64,000 nt of DNA from an uncultured Alphaproteobacteria bacterium (GTDB taxonomy: Bacteria; Pseudomonadota; Alphaproteobacteria; Rhodobacterales; Rhodobacteraceae), in contig CACBAO010000005.1 of the NCBI GenBank assembly GCA_902537235.1, forward strand, positions 19,951 through 83,950, read 5' to 3'. Positions 9,151 to 17,574 of the stretch are shown piece after piece. Under the pieces are notes generated by a model. That model was given only the letters and a program-made list of their open reading frames with translations, ran no database searches and had not been told where the DNA came from. The translations under genes were made by a program, and so were the position numbers. Numbering within the stretch: position 1 is the stretch's first letter; each line of letters begins with the position of its first letter.

Positions 9151-11313
9151 ATGAATAGTGAGGAAAGTTTTTTTGAAAGAGACTTGGTTCTTATCGGAGC
9201 GGGGCATACAAATTGTCTTTTTTTGAAAATGTGGGCAATGAAGAGTGATCCTTCTCTTCGAGTGACTCTAATAAATCCAGATCCTATTTCCTCTTATACC
9301 GGTATGCTACCTGCTCTAGTAGCTGGTTTATGTGCCAAATCAGATGCTCAAATAAATTTATTCAGTTTGTGTAGAGCTACAGAAACAAGATTAATTATCG
9401 ATACTGTTAAAAAAATCGATAAGAAAAAAAATCAAATTATGTGTAAGACAGGGAGGATTGTAAACTTTGATCTCCTATCCATAAATATTGGATCTAACTC
9501 CGTCCCTTTGATAAATGGGTTTAAAAAATTTGGATGCAGTGTTCGGCCTCTAGCTGCATTTCAAGAGCGTTGGGAAAACTTTTTGGAGTCCATTAATGAA
9601 AAATCGTCTCCGGTTATTTGTGTTGTAGGGGGAGGCCTAGCATCAATTGAGTTGGGTTTCGCAATGGATATTCGATTGAAAAAGACTGAATTAAAAGATT
9701 TTAAGATTAAAATTTTTGAAAGTGGTAAAGCTTTTGAAAAACTGAGTTTAAATCAGCAAAGATATTTGAAAACCAAAGCCAAACTACGAAAAATTGAAAT
9801 AATTGAAAATACTACAATAAAAGAAGTTTCAAATAATGGGTTAGTACAAAAAAACGGCAATTTTGTTCATGCAGATTTTATTATTTCTTGTATAGGACCT
9901 CAACCAAACGATTTGTTTAAAAAGTCAAAAATTGAAAATAAAGATGGATATGTTTGCGTCGACGAAACGCTAAGAGTTATAGGTTTTCAAAATGCGTTTG
10001 CAGTTGGTGATTGTGCACATTTCCCTTCTAAAGCTGTAGATAAGTCAGGAGTTTATGCAGTTAGGCAAGCACCAATTCTTTATAAAAATATCCTTAAGCT
10101 TTTTAAGAACAAGCAGCTAATTCGATTTAAACCTCAAAGTGATTATTTAAAGCTCATTGTCTATGAAGGTGATTCCGCGATTTTCCTTAGAAATGGGGTT
10201 GCCTTTTCAGCAAAATGGGTTTGGGCATTAAAAAGTTTTATTGATAAAAAGTTTATAAAGAATTTTAAAAAACTTAGTGAGATGGTCACTAAAAATATGG
10301 AAAACGCTCGAAGCAATAACCAAAAAATGCTTTGTGGTGGCTGTGGCTCGAAAGTCGGAAATGTTATTTTGGAGTCTTCGTTAAGGAAGTTAGCAGATCC
10401 TAGCTCAAAACATATTGTTAGTAAAATAGGAGATGACGCAGCAATTATAAAATTTAATTCCTTGTTTCAAGCTTTGACGACCGATCATCTGAGGTCATTT
10501 ACAAAGGATGCGTGGCTTCAAAGTAAGATAACGGCGATTCACGCTTTGGGAGATATTTGGGCAATGGGATCCGATCCTGAAATCGCTCTCACAAATATTA
10601 TTATTCCAGAGTCCTCCAATGACATACAAAAGCGAACAATCGAAGAAATTATAGATGGGGCAAATAGTGTTTTTGGTGCTGATGGAGTGAAGATAGTGGG
10701 TGGTCATACCTCTTTAGGAAAAGAGCTAGTAATCGGGTTCACGTTGGGAGGTTTTTCCAAAAACCAACCTAAGACTGTCGATAAGGCAAGTGTAGGTGAT
10801 CAAATAATATTAACAAAACCATTAGGCTCTGGGATTCTATTGGCAGGGGAAATGCGTTTTGAAGGTGAAGGGCAGGATCTAAAAAATCTTTTTGATGCAA
10901 TGTCTAAGTCACAAAGTTCTATCGCAAATGTGTTGAGGAAAGTTGCAAACTCGATGACGGACATCACTGGATTTGGCTTAGGTGGCCACCTTCTAAACAT
11001 AGTTTCAAAGTCTAACGTAGGAGCAAAACTATATTTGGATCAGATACCAGTATACCCTGGTGCCAATAATCTTATAGCCAAAGGTATTAGGTCTTCGATT
11101 TTTGAGAATAATTATATGTATTCTGAGAGAATGATTATTAAAACAACAGCGAATACAGATATCCTTTTTGATCCCCAAACATCCGGTCCATTACTTGCTA
11201 CCGTTCCGAAGAGCAAAGTAAAGGGTGTTATTACATCTGGTGAAAAGTTGGGTTTTGAGTGTAAAGTAATTGGCGAATTGGCAATTGGAAAGCCCTATAT
11301 TGAGGTTTTATAG
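9151..11313 (+). CDS. selD: fusion protein: FAD-dependent pyridine-nucleotide-disulfide (NDH-2-like) oxidoreductase domain plus selenide,water dikinase (selenophosphate synthetase)
   Basis: aa 1-380 carry two dinucleotide-binding motifs (LIGAGHTN, VVGGGLASIELG). aa 393-720 align along their length with SelD: CGGCGSK (nt 10333-10353, Cys type), DDAA, TTD, GDIWAMG, GGHT, LTKPLGSG, MTDITGFGLGGH and DPQTSGPL. Confidence 0.85.
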   Translation: MNSEESFFERDLVLIGAGHTNCLFLKMWAMKSDPSLRVTLINPDPISSYTGMLPALVAGLCAKSDAQINLFSLCRATETRLIIDTVKKIDKKKNQIMCKTGRIVNFDLLSINIGSNSVPLINGFKKFGCSVRPLAAFQERWENFLESINEKSSPVICVVGGGLASIELGFAMDIRLKKTELKDFKIKIFESGKAFEKLSLNQQRYLKTKAKLRKIEIIENTTIKEVSNNGLVQKNGNFVHADFIISCIGPQPNDLFKKSKIENKDGYVCVDETLRVIGFQNAFAVGDCAHFPSKAVDKSGVYAVRQAPILYKNILKLFKNKQLIRFKPQSDYLKLIVYEGDSAIFLRNGVAFSAKWVWALKSFIDKKFIKNFKKLSEMVTKNMENARSNNQKMLCGGCGSKVGNVILESSLRKLADPSSKHIVSKIGDDAAIIKFNSLFQALTTDHLRSFTKDAWLQSKITAIHALGDIWAMGSDPEIALTNIIIPESSNDIQKRTIEEIIDGANSVFGADGVKIVGGHTSLGKELVIGFTLGGFSKNQPKTVDKASVGDQIILTKPLGSGILLAGEMRFEGEGQDLKNLFDAMSKSQSSIANVLRKVANSMTDITGFGLGGHLLNIVSKSNVGAKLYLDQIPVYPGANNLIAKGIRSSIFENNYMYSERMIIKTTANTDILFDPQTSGPLLATVPKSKVKGVITSGEKLGFECKVIGELAIGKPYIEVL

Positions 11314-12372
11314 AGTTTTCATTCTATTATTTGCTGTTTTCAATATGCTATCAACGGTTAAACTAAGGCCCTTTCGAGATATGTCCTCTATTTCTATGGT
11401 AGCAAATACTTGTTTTTTCTTTCTTAAGAGTCCTCGTTCGTATCTGGGGTCATAGTGTTTTTCAATTAGTTGTTTTGCAAGTGCAATAAATTCTTTGTTT
11501 TTTGCCATTCTCAACCAACTCTCTACAACTTTATGCCCAGCTATTGTCGAAAGGCTCGTAATTTGTTTTTCTAATAAATCTAGATCAGTTGTTATTTCAG
11601 AATATTCTTCAACTAAAAATTGTGCCCTCTGTTCAACTGTAGCCGATATTTCAATTTGTGGAGAGTTTTTCATTAACTTCCAAAATTCTTTAGGTATATG
11701 CAAGTTTCCAATTTTATTAGATTCTGCTTCTACAAATATAGGTTCACCAGTTTTGAGGTTTTTTACTTTATCATAAATCAAAGTTTCGAATAATTTTTGA
11801 GATGGTTGTTTCTGACCTTGTGATCCAAATACTGACCCTTTATGATTAGCTAGGCTTTCCAGATCGATAGTTTGCCCCTGCCTCTCTTCTATCAAGTTAA
11901 GCAGTTTTGTTTTTGCGGTTCCTGTATTACCTGTTATTAGTATTAGAAAGTAATTTTCTATATTTTTATCCAGGAAATCATTGACATGTTTTCGGAATGA
12001 TTTATAGCCTCCATCCACTACTCCTACATCCCATCCTATTTGGTCAAGTATAGTTGCAAAGGCATATGATCGCTGTCCACCTCGCCAACAGTAGATTAAA
12101 GGAAGCCAATCTCGATGTTTTTCTCGAATATTCTCTTTTAAAAAATTCGAAATGTTTTTTGAGATAAGGGCAGCACCGAGTTTTTTTGCTTCAAACTTAC
12201 TATTTTGTTTATATATGGTGCCTACCATCTCACGCTCTTTATCGAAAAGAACCGGTAAATTAATTGCGCCAGGTATATGATCAACCTCATACTCGGATGG
12301 CGACCGAACATCTATTACATCATCGAGTTTTTTCAAGTCGATATCGGAAAAACTTATACGTTTAAATGCCAT
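11308..12372 (-). CDS. selU: tRNA 2-selenouridine synthase (rhodanese plus P-loop)
   Basis: The rhodanese domain has the active-site loop IYCWRGGQRS, and Walker A is ITGNTGTAKTKLL. Length is 354 aa. The stop codon interlocks with the selD stop (TTATAG, 11308-11313). Confidence 0.85.
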   Translation of the reverse strand: MAFKRISFSDIDLKKLDDVIDVRSPSEYEVDHIPGAINLPVLFDKEREMVGTIYKQNSKFEAKKLGAALISKNISNFLKENIREKHRDWLPLIYCWRGGQRSYAFATILDQIGWDVGVVDGGYKSFRKHVNDFLDKNIENYFLILITGNTGTAKTKLLNLIEERQGQTIDLESLANHKGSVFGSQGQKQPSQKLFETLIYDKVKNLKTGEPIFVEAESNKIGNLHIPKEFWKLMKNSPQIEISATVEQRAQFLVEEYSEITTDLDLLEKQITSLSTIAGHKVVESWLRMAKNKEFIALAKQLIEKHYDPRYERGLLRKKKQVFATIEIEDISRKGLSLTVDSILKTANNRMKTL

Positions 12373-12450
12373 ATCCTTATTAAAAACCTCTTTTAAAATC
12401 TTTCAAAATGATGTGCTGTTATTAGATTAGTATTAACTTAAGCGAAAAAA

Positions 12451-13002
12451 TTGGAGGATACAAAAATGTTTTCAAATTTACGAAGAGTTGTAACTGGAAA
12501 TGATGCAAGTGGAAAATCGTTGATAACTTTTGACGGGGCACCCCCTGCGTCCTATGAAATGGGTGCAGGTGGACTTTATGAATTATGGGACTCTGCAGGA
12601 AATAGCCTAAATTCGCAGGATAAACTTGATCGTGGGCTAGGAAAAGTAGTTCTGGGCCCACAATCTGGGGGAGTGAAATTTCGGTATTTCGCAATAGCGC
12701 CAACTCCAGAGGGGATCTCGAATGATGAGTTAAATAAAATGTTTGCTAAAGTATTTGGAGACATTAATGCAGCCGATGATCGTGTGGATGTAACTCGGCA
12801 TCCTGGAATGCATAAAACTAAAACGTTGGACTATATAATCCTCCTAAAAGGAACTGCAAAATTAATTTTAGACAATGATGAAACCGATCTTAAGCCCTTT
12901 GATGTTGTAGTACAGAGGTCTACTAACCATGCTTGGGTATGCACCAGTCAGGATCCTGCTTTATTTATAGCTGTACTTATAGCAACCGAAGTGGATATCT
13001 AA
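12451..13002 (+). CDS. cupin-fold protein of unknown function
   Basis: 183 aa. The beta-rich C-terminal part (GGVKFRYFAIAP...DYIILLKGTAKLILD...DVVVQRSTNHAW) is cupin-like. No catalytic assignment is possible. Confidence 0.5.
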   Translation: MEDTKMFSNLRRVVTGNDASGKSLITFDGAPPASYEMGAGGLYELWDSAGNSLNSQDKLDRGLGKVVLGPQSGGVKFRYFAIAPTPEGISNDELNKMFAKVFGDINAADDRVDVTRHPGMHKTKTLDYIILLKGTAKLILDNDETDLKPFDVVVQRSTNHAWVCTSQDPALFIAVLIATEVDI

Positions 13003-13106
13003 ATCGCCTTTCCTTTTGGTTATATTTAAATAAAGATTTGGTTTTACATTGTGTCAATTTGTCGCTAACTTTTTTAATATAAGAACAAATATTAAAGGGG
13101 GAAACG

Positions 13107-14168
13107 ATGAAAAAACTATTTTTTGGTATTTTTTCTGTATTAATCATTTCTATTACTTCACATCTAGCGGTAGCTAAAGAGATAAGTGTTACTTATGTTG
13201 CTGGACATCCACCGGTATTCAGATGGGTGAAACACGTCAATCAAACATTTATTCCAGCAGTAAACAAATCTTTGGAGGGTAGTGGCCATTCCATAAAATG
13301 GAGTGAGCAATATGGGGGATCCTTGGCAAAAGTTGGAGATGAGCTTGAAGCGGTTGAAGAGGGGTTAGCTGAAATAGGAGGAATATCAAGCTTATTTGAC
13401 CCTGCTAAACTAGCGGTGCAAAACGTCACTTATTATTCTCCCTTTGTTTCAAGTAATGTCGACAAAGTATCTGAGTTAATGACAAGAATGCAGTTCGAAA
13501 ACAAAGATATGAAGGCAGCTTGGGAAGCGAATGGATTAATTCAGCTAGGTGGTTCCATTGCAATTGATGATTACTTACTAATGACAACTTTCCCAGTCAA
13601 TTCGATTGCCGATTTAAAAGGAAGAAAAATTGGAGCTCCTGGTCCTGCTGTTACTTGGTTGAAGGGAACAGGAGCAGTCGGAGTATCCGGTAATCTGACC
13701 ACTTACAACAATGAAATAAAAGCAGGGGTATATGACGGAGTAATAGTTTTTGCTTCTGCAGCATTGCCTGGCAAACTTCATGAGGTGGCCCCATATATTA
13801 CAAAATTTGGGTTTGGAGCTCAATATGCTGGCTCAATTGCGGCTAATAAAGATTGGTTTGAGTCTCAACCCGATGTTGTGCAGAAGGCTCTAATAGACGC
13901 TGGTGAAACATACCGAGTTGCATATCAAAAAGATCTAGGTGCATCAGTTGCTAAATTTCTGTCTATAATGGAATCTCAAGGAGCAAAGGTTTCTGAAGCT
14001 AGTCCCGAGATGAGGAAAAAATGGGCTGCTGGAATGGATAATGTTGCTATGGAGTGGGCTAAAAAACTAGACTCTTCTGGTGTGAATGGAACTGCAGTTC
14101 TAAAAGCCTATATGGACACGATGAGAGCTGCAGGAGCAAAGCCGGTTAGAAACTGGGATAAAGAGTAA
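13107..14168 (+). CDS. TRAP transporter substrate-binding protein (DctP family) with signal peptide
   Basis: There is an N-terminal signal sequence (MKKLFFGIFSVLIISITSHLAVA). Size is about 350 aa, and the gene is followed by DctQ- and DctM-type genes. Confidence 0.8.
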   Translation: MKKLFFGIFSVLIISITSHLAVAKEISVTYVAGHPPVFRWVKHVNQTFIPAVNKSLEGSGHSIKWSEQYGGSLAKVGDELEAVEEGLAEIGGISSLFDPAKLAVQNVTYYSPFVSSNVDKVSELMTRMQFENKDMKAAWEANGLIQLGGSIAIDDYLLMTTFPVNSIADLKGRKIGAPGPAVTWLKGTGAVGVSGNLTTYNNEIKAGVYDGVIVFASAALPGKLHEVAPYITKFGFGAQYAGSIAANKDWFESQPDVVQKALIDAGETYRVAYQKDLGASVAKFLSIMESQGAKVSEASPEMRKKWAAGMDNVAMEWAKKLDSSGVNGTAVLKAYMDTMRAAGAKPVRNWDKE

Positions 14169-14192
14169 AGACAAGTATCTTTTGTAAATTTG

Positions 14193-14226
14193 AGGTGCCT
14201 TTTGAATAAGGCACCTTACTTTTTTT
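14193..14226 (+). terminator. intrinsic terminator or attenuator hairpin after the TRAP binding-protein gene
   Basis: The stem AGGTGCCTT (14193-14201) pairs with AAGGCACCT (14208-14216). The loop is TTGAAT, followed by TAC and a run of 7 T (14220-14226). Confidence 0.55.
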
Positions 14227-14249
14227 AAATTTTATTTCTTCATATACAG

Positions 14250-14897
14250 ATGGGTTTAACAAAGCTTATATTTTCAAAAACAGAACTGTTCTTCAATTTT
14301 ATTACGCAGAGTTTTAATATAATGGGGACGATATTAATCATTTTTATAATGATAATAGTCAATGTTGATGTAATAGGTAGAGAATTGTTTCTAATGCCTA
14401 TTGCAGGCGTCCCAATGATGGTATCAATGTCTATTGTTGCAATAGTTTTTTTGCAAACGCCTCAAACATTTAATCGAGGCAGACTTACTCAAAATGTATC
14501 TATATTAAATGCCATTGGACGAAGAACGCCTTTAGTAAAATTGCTATTAGATATCACATATTCTATAGCAGCTTTTTTCTTAATTTTACAGATATTCAAG
14601 TCGACTTATCCTTTGTTTATAAAATCTTGGGTAAGAAATACGTATGAGGGAACCATAGGAGATTTTACAGCACCAATCTGGCCCATAAAACTTGTCATCC
14701 TTTTGGGGTGTTTTTTACTGATGGTGCAAATCATGTTATTTGGTATTAGGCAAGTGATAAAATATTATGATCCAAAACATCAAGAAAATGAATCAGAAAA
14801 GATTAATGCAGAGGATATGGCTCTAAGGTTAGTTGCACAAAATACGAAAAAGATAATCACGGGAACTGAGGAAAAAGAACCCGCAGAGAGGAACTAA
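14250..14897 (+). CDS. TRAP transporter small permease (DctQ-like) with a long charged C-terminal tail
   Basis: Four hydrophobic segments, positioned between the DctP-like and DctM-like genes. The tail is ...KHQENESEKINAEDMALRL...EEKEPAERN. Confidence 0.75.
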   Translation: MGLTKLIFSKTELFFNFITQSFNIMGTILIIFIMIIVNVDVIGRELFLMPIAGVPMMVSMSIVAIVFLQTPQTFNRGRLTQNVSILNAIGRRTPLVKLLLDITYSIAAFFLILQIFKSTYPLFIKSWVRNTYEGTIGDFTAPIWPIKLVILLGCFLLMVQIMLFGIRQVIKYYDPKHQENESEKINAEDMALRLVAQNTKKIITGTEEKEPAERN

Positions 14898-14939
14898 ATT
14901 GATTGTTTTTTGCTTCAGAGATTTTTTTATTAAGAAGCG

Positions 14940-16259
14940 TTGCTAATGACCCCTTTTGACATTGGACTATACTCACTGGTTGCAATTGTAATACTTGTTT
15001 ATATGGGCTTTTGGGTTCCCTTTGCTTTGATGCTTTCTTCCTACATAGGAGTTTGGTTAATAAAAGACTCCTCTATTTTAGCAGGAAAATTACTAGCACT
15101 GGCAGCATCTGAAACCATTTCAAGCTATTTTTTTGGCGTAGTGCCATTGTTCGTATTCATGGGAAATGTTGTTTCAGCTACAGGGATGGGAGAAGATGCT
15201 TATGACGTTGCTAATCAAGCATTTAGAAAAATCAAAGGTGGTTTGGCTATCGGAACAGTTGGAGCCAACGCAGTATTTGCGGCTGTAACGGGAATATCAA
15301 TAGCATCAGCAGCAGTATTTACTAAAATTGCAGTTCCCCATATGGTCAAGTTTGGTTATTCACCGAGGTTTTCGGTAGGAGTGGTTGCAGGTTCTTCAGT
15401 TCTTGGAATGCTTATTCCTCCAAGCTTGTTGTTAATTTTATATGGAATTTTAACGGAACAATCAATTGGGGATTTATTTGTTGCTGCAATTATTCCAGGG
15501 ATCTTGTTAGCAATAGTTTTTGGCTTTGGAATTTTTATTCTATGTATTTTTTGGAAAAAATTTGTATTTTCAGAAGAAGTTCAAACTTTTGGTGATATTG
15601 AATTAATGCCATTGAAAGATTTTTGCTTAAAATGTTTGCCTTTAATTTTTTTAATTTCCATAGTTTTAGGGGGTATTTACGGAGGGATTTTTACTCCGAT
15701 AGAAGCGGGTGCTATCGGTAGTCTTGGAGCAGTAATAATAGGTATTCTTAAAAGACGGCTTTCATTGAAAGTTCTTTGGGAGGTACTCGTCGAAACTGGC
15801 TATATAACGGCTACAATATCTTTCATTATCATAGCGGCACAGATGTATGCCAGAATGCTAGCTCTTTCTGGAATGCCAGCAGAGTTTGGTTCGTTTGTGG
15901 TTGGTTCAGACCTAAGCATAATGGGTATAATAATTCTTTATATAATACTCATTATACTGATGGGAACGATATTAGATAGTGGATCAATAATGTTGATACT
16001 AGTACCTTTAATGTATCCTATATTGGTCTCTCTGAATATTGATTTGATTTGGTTTGGAATAGTCACCGTTATTGCCGTTGAGGTAGGGCTCCTTACTCCT
16101 CCTTTAGGCATATCTATATTTGTTATTAAGTCTTCTCTAGATAATGATAAAATATCATTGGGAGACATATTTGCGGGTGCGGCACCATTTGCTTTAATGA
16201 TGGTTACAGTTTTGTTACTTGTGATTGCTTTCCCAATTTTGACAACAATTCTTTTATAA
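14940..16259 (+). CDS. TRAP transporter large permease (DctM family)
   Basis: 439 aa and highly hydrophobic, with a DctM-like pattern (AIGTVGANAVFAAVTGISIASAA, LIPPSLLLILYG). The start is TTG 14940 or ATG 14946. Confidence 0.9.
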   Translation: MLMTPFDIGLYSLVAIVILVYMGFWVPFALMLSSYIGVWLIKDSSILAGKLLALAASETISSYFFGVVPLFVFMGNVVSATGMGEDAYDVANQAFRKIKGGLAIGTVGANAVFAAVTGISIASAAVFTKIAVPHMVKFGYSPRFSVGVVAGSSVLGMLIPPSLLLILYGILTEQSIGDLFVAAIIPGILLAIVFGFGIFILCIFWKKFVFSEEVQTFGDIELMPLKDFCLKCLPLIFLISIVLGGIYGGIFTPIEAGAIGSLGAVIIGILKRRLSLKVLWEVLVETGYITATISFIIIAAQMYARMLALSGMPAEFGSFVVGSDLSIMGIIILYIILIILMGTILDSGSIMLILVPLMYPILVSLNIDLIWFGIVTVIAVEVGLLTPPLGISIFVIKSSLDNDKISLGDIFAGAAPFALMMVTVLLLVIAFPILTTILL

Positions 16260-16268
16260 GAGGAAAAA

Positions 16269-17045
16269 ATGCCAAGAAAATTTATTGATCTTTCGGTAGC
16301 CTTAGAAACGGGTATTGTTTCAGATCCTCCTATGGCTCTTCCCGAAATAGAGTATGTAGATCACGCTATGTCAGCAGATCAAATCTGTTCCTTTTTTCCA
16401 GGACTCGACAAAAAAGATTTGCCCGGTGAAGAAGGTTGGGCCGTGGAAAATCTGAAAATAAGTACTCATAACGGTACGCATTTAGATGCTCCTTATCATT
16501 ACCATTCTACAATGGATGGTGGAAAACGAGCCATTACGATTGATGAGGTTCCTTTGGATTGGTGCTTTAATGATGGTGTAAAATTAGACTTCAGGCATTT
16601 TGAGGACGGTTATGTGGTTACTCCCAACGACATAGATGCTGAACTAGATAGAATAGGTTATCAAATTAAACCCTTTGATATAGTCTTGGTCAACACTTCA
16701 GCTGGGGAGAGATACGGTTACGATGATTATTTACTCAAAGGCTGCGGTATAGGTCGAGAAGCAACTCTTCATCTAACTAGTAAGGGAGTTAAAATTACTG
16801 GAACGGATGCATGGAGTTGGGATGCGCCATTTTCTCATACAGCAAAAAGATATGCTGAGAGTAAGAATTCTTCTATAATTTGGGAGGGACATAGAGCTGG
16901 TATGGAAAGAGCATATTGTCATATTGAAAAACTGAGCTCATTAGAAAAACTACCTGACTTTGGTTTTTTAGTTTCTTGCTTTCCCTTTAAAATAAAGAAA
17001 GCATCAGCTGGCTTCATTAGAGCAGTAGCAATCCTGGAAGAATAA
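16269..17045 (+). CDS. cyclase-family metal-dependent hydrolase (kynurenine formamidase / isatin hydrolase fold)
   Basis: The signature HNGTHLDAPYHY (HxGTHxDxPxH) is present. Length is 258 aa. Confidence 0.8.
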   Translation: MPRKFIDLSVALETGIVSDPPMALPEIEYVDHAMSADQICSFFPGLDKKDLPGEEGWAVENLKISTHNGTHLDAPYHYHSTMDGGKRAITIDEVPLDWCFNDGVKLDFRHFEDGYVVTPNDIDAELDRIGYQIKPFDIVLVNTSAGERYGYDDYLLKGCGIGREATLHLTSKGVKITGTDAWSWDAPFSHTAKRYAESKNSSIIWEGHRAGMERAYCHIEKLSSLEKLPDFGFLVSCFPFKIKKASAGFIRAVAILEE

Positions 17046-17060
17046 TCAGAAAGAAGAAAT

Positions 17061-17567
17061 ATGAACAATAAATTAGATTTAGAAAATTTACCAGGCGAAG
17101 CAGAAGTAAAGTTTACTTGCAATGGCCAAGCCGTTGGAAAAATGAGAAATGAACTTAAAGTAGATATGGTGTCTCCAATAGAGGAGACATTCCATTTGGC
17201 TACTGACGAAGGGTCTTTTCATGGAGGTGATGCTACTGCCCCACCGCCACTTGCTTTATTTATAGCAAGTCTTACTGGTTGCATAATGACACAAATTAGG
17301 GCGTTTTCTAAAAGAATGAAAATTGAAATAAACGATTTAAAGGTTGATAGCCGAATTATATGGAAATGGAAAAAACTCGATAATATTTATGAGACGGCTC
17401 CTCAAAGTTTCGAATTAGATGTATTCATAGAAAGCAATGAACCTTTAGAAAGAGTGAAAAATTTAATCGCGGCAGCTAAAAAGGGATGCTTTATTGAGCA
17501 AACTTTAAGTCAAAAAAATATTATTAACCATAAGTTAAGGGATGGTGACAACTGGGTTAATGTATGA
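17061..17567 (+). CDS. OsmC/Ohr family protein
   Basis: GGDATAPPPLALFIASLTGCIMTQIRAF and KKGCFIEQTL (two conserved Cys regions) are present. Confidence 0.75.
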   Translation: MNNKLDLENLPGEAEVKFTCNGQAVGKMRNELKVDMVSPIEETFHLATDEGSFHGGDATAPPPLALFIASLTGCIMTQIRAFSKRMKIEINDLKVDSRIIWKWKKLDNIYETAPQSFELDVFIESNEPLERVKNLIAAAKKGCFIEQTLSQKNIINHKLRDGDNWVNV

Positions 17568-17574
17568 AGTTGAC

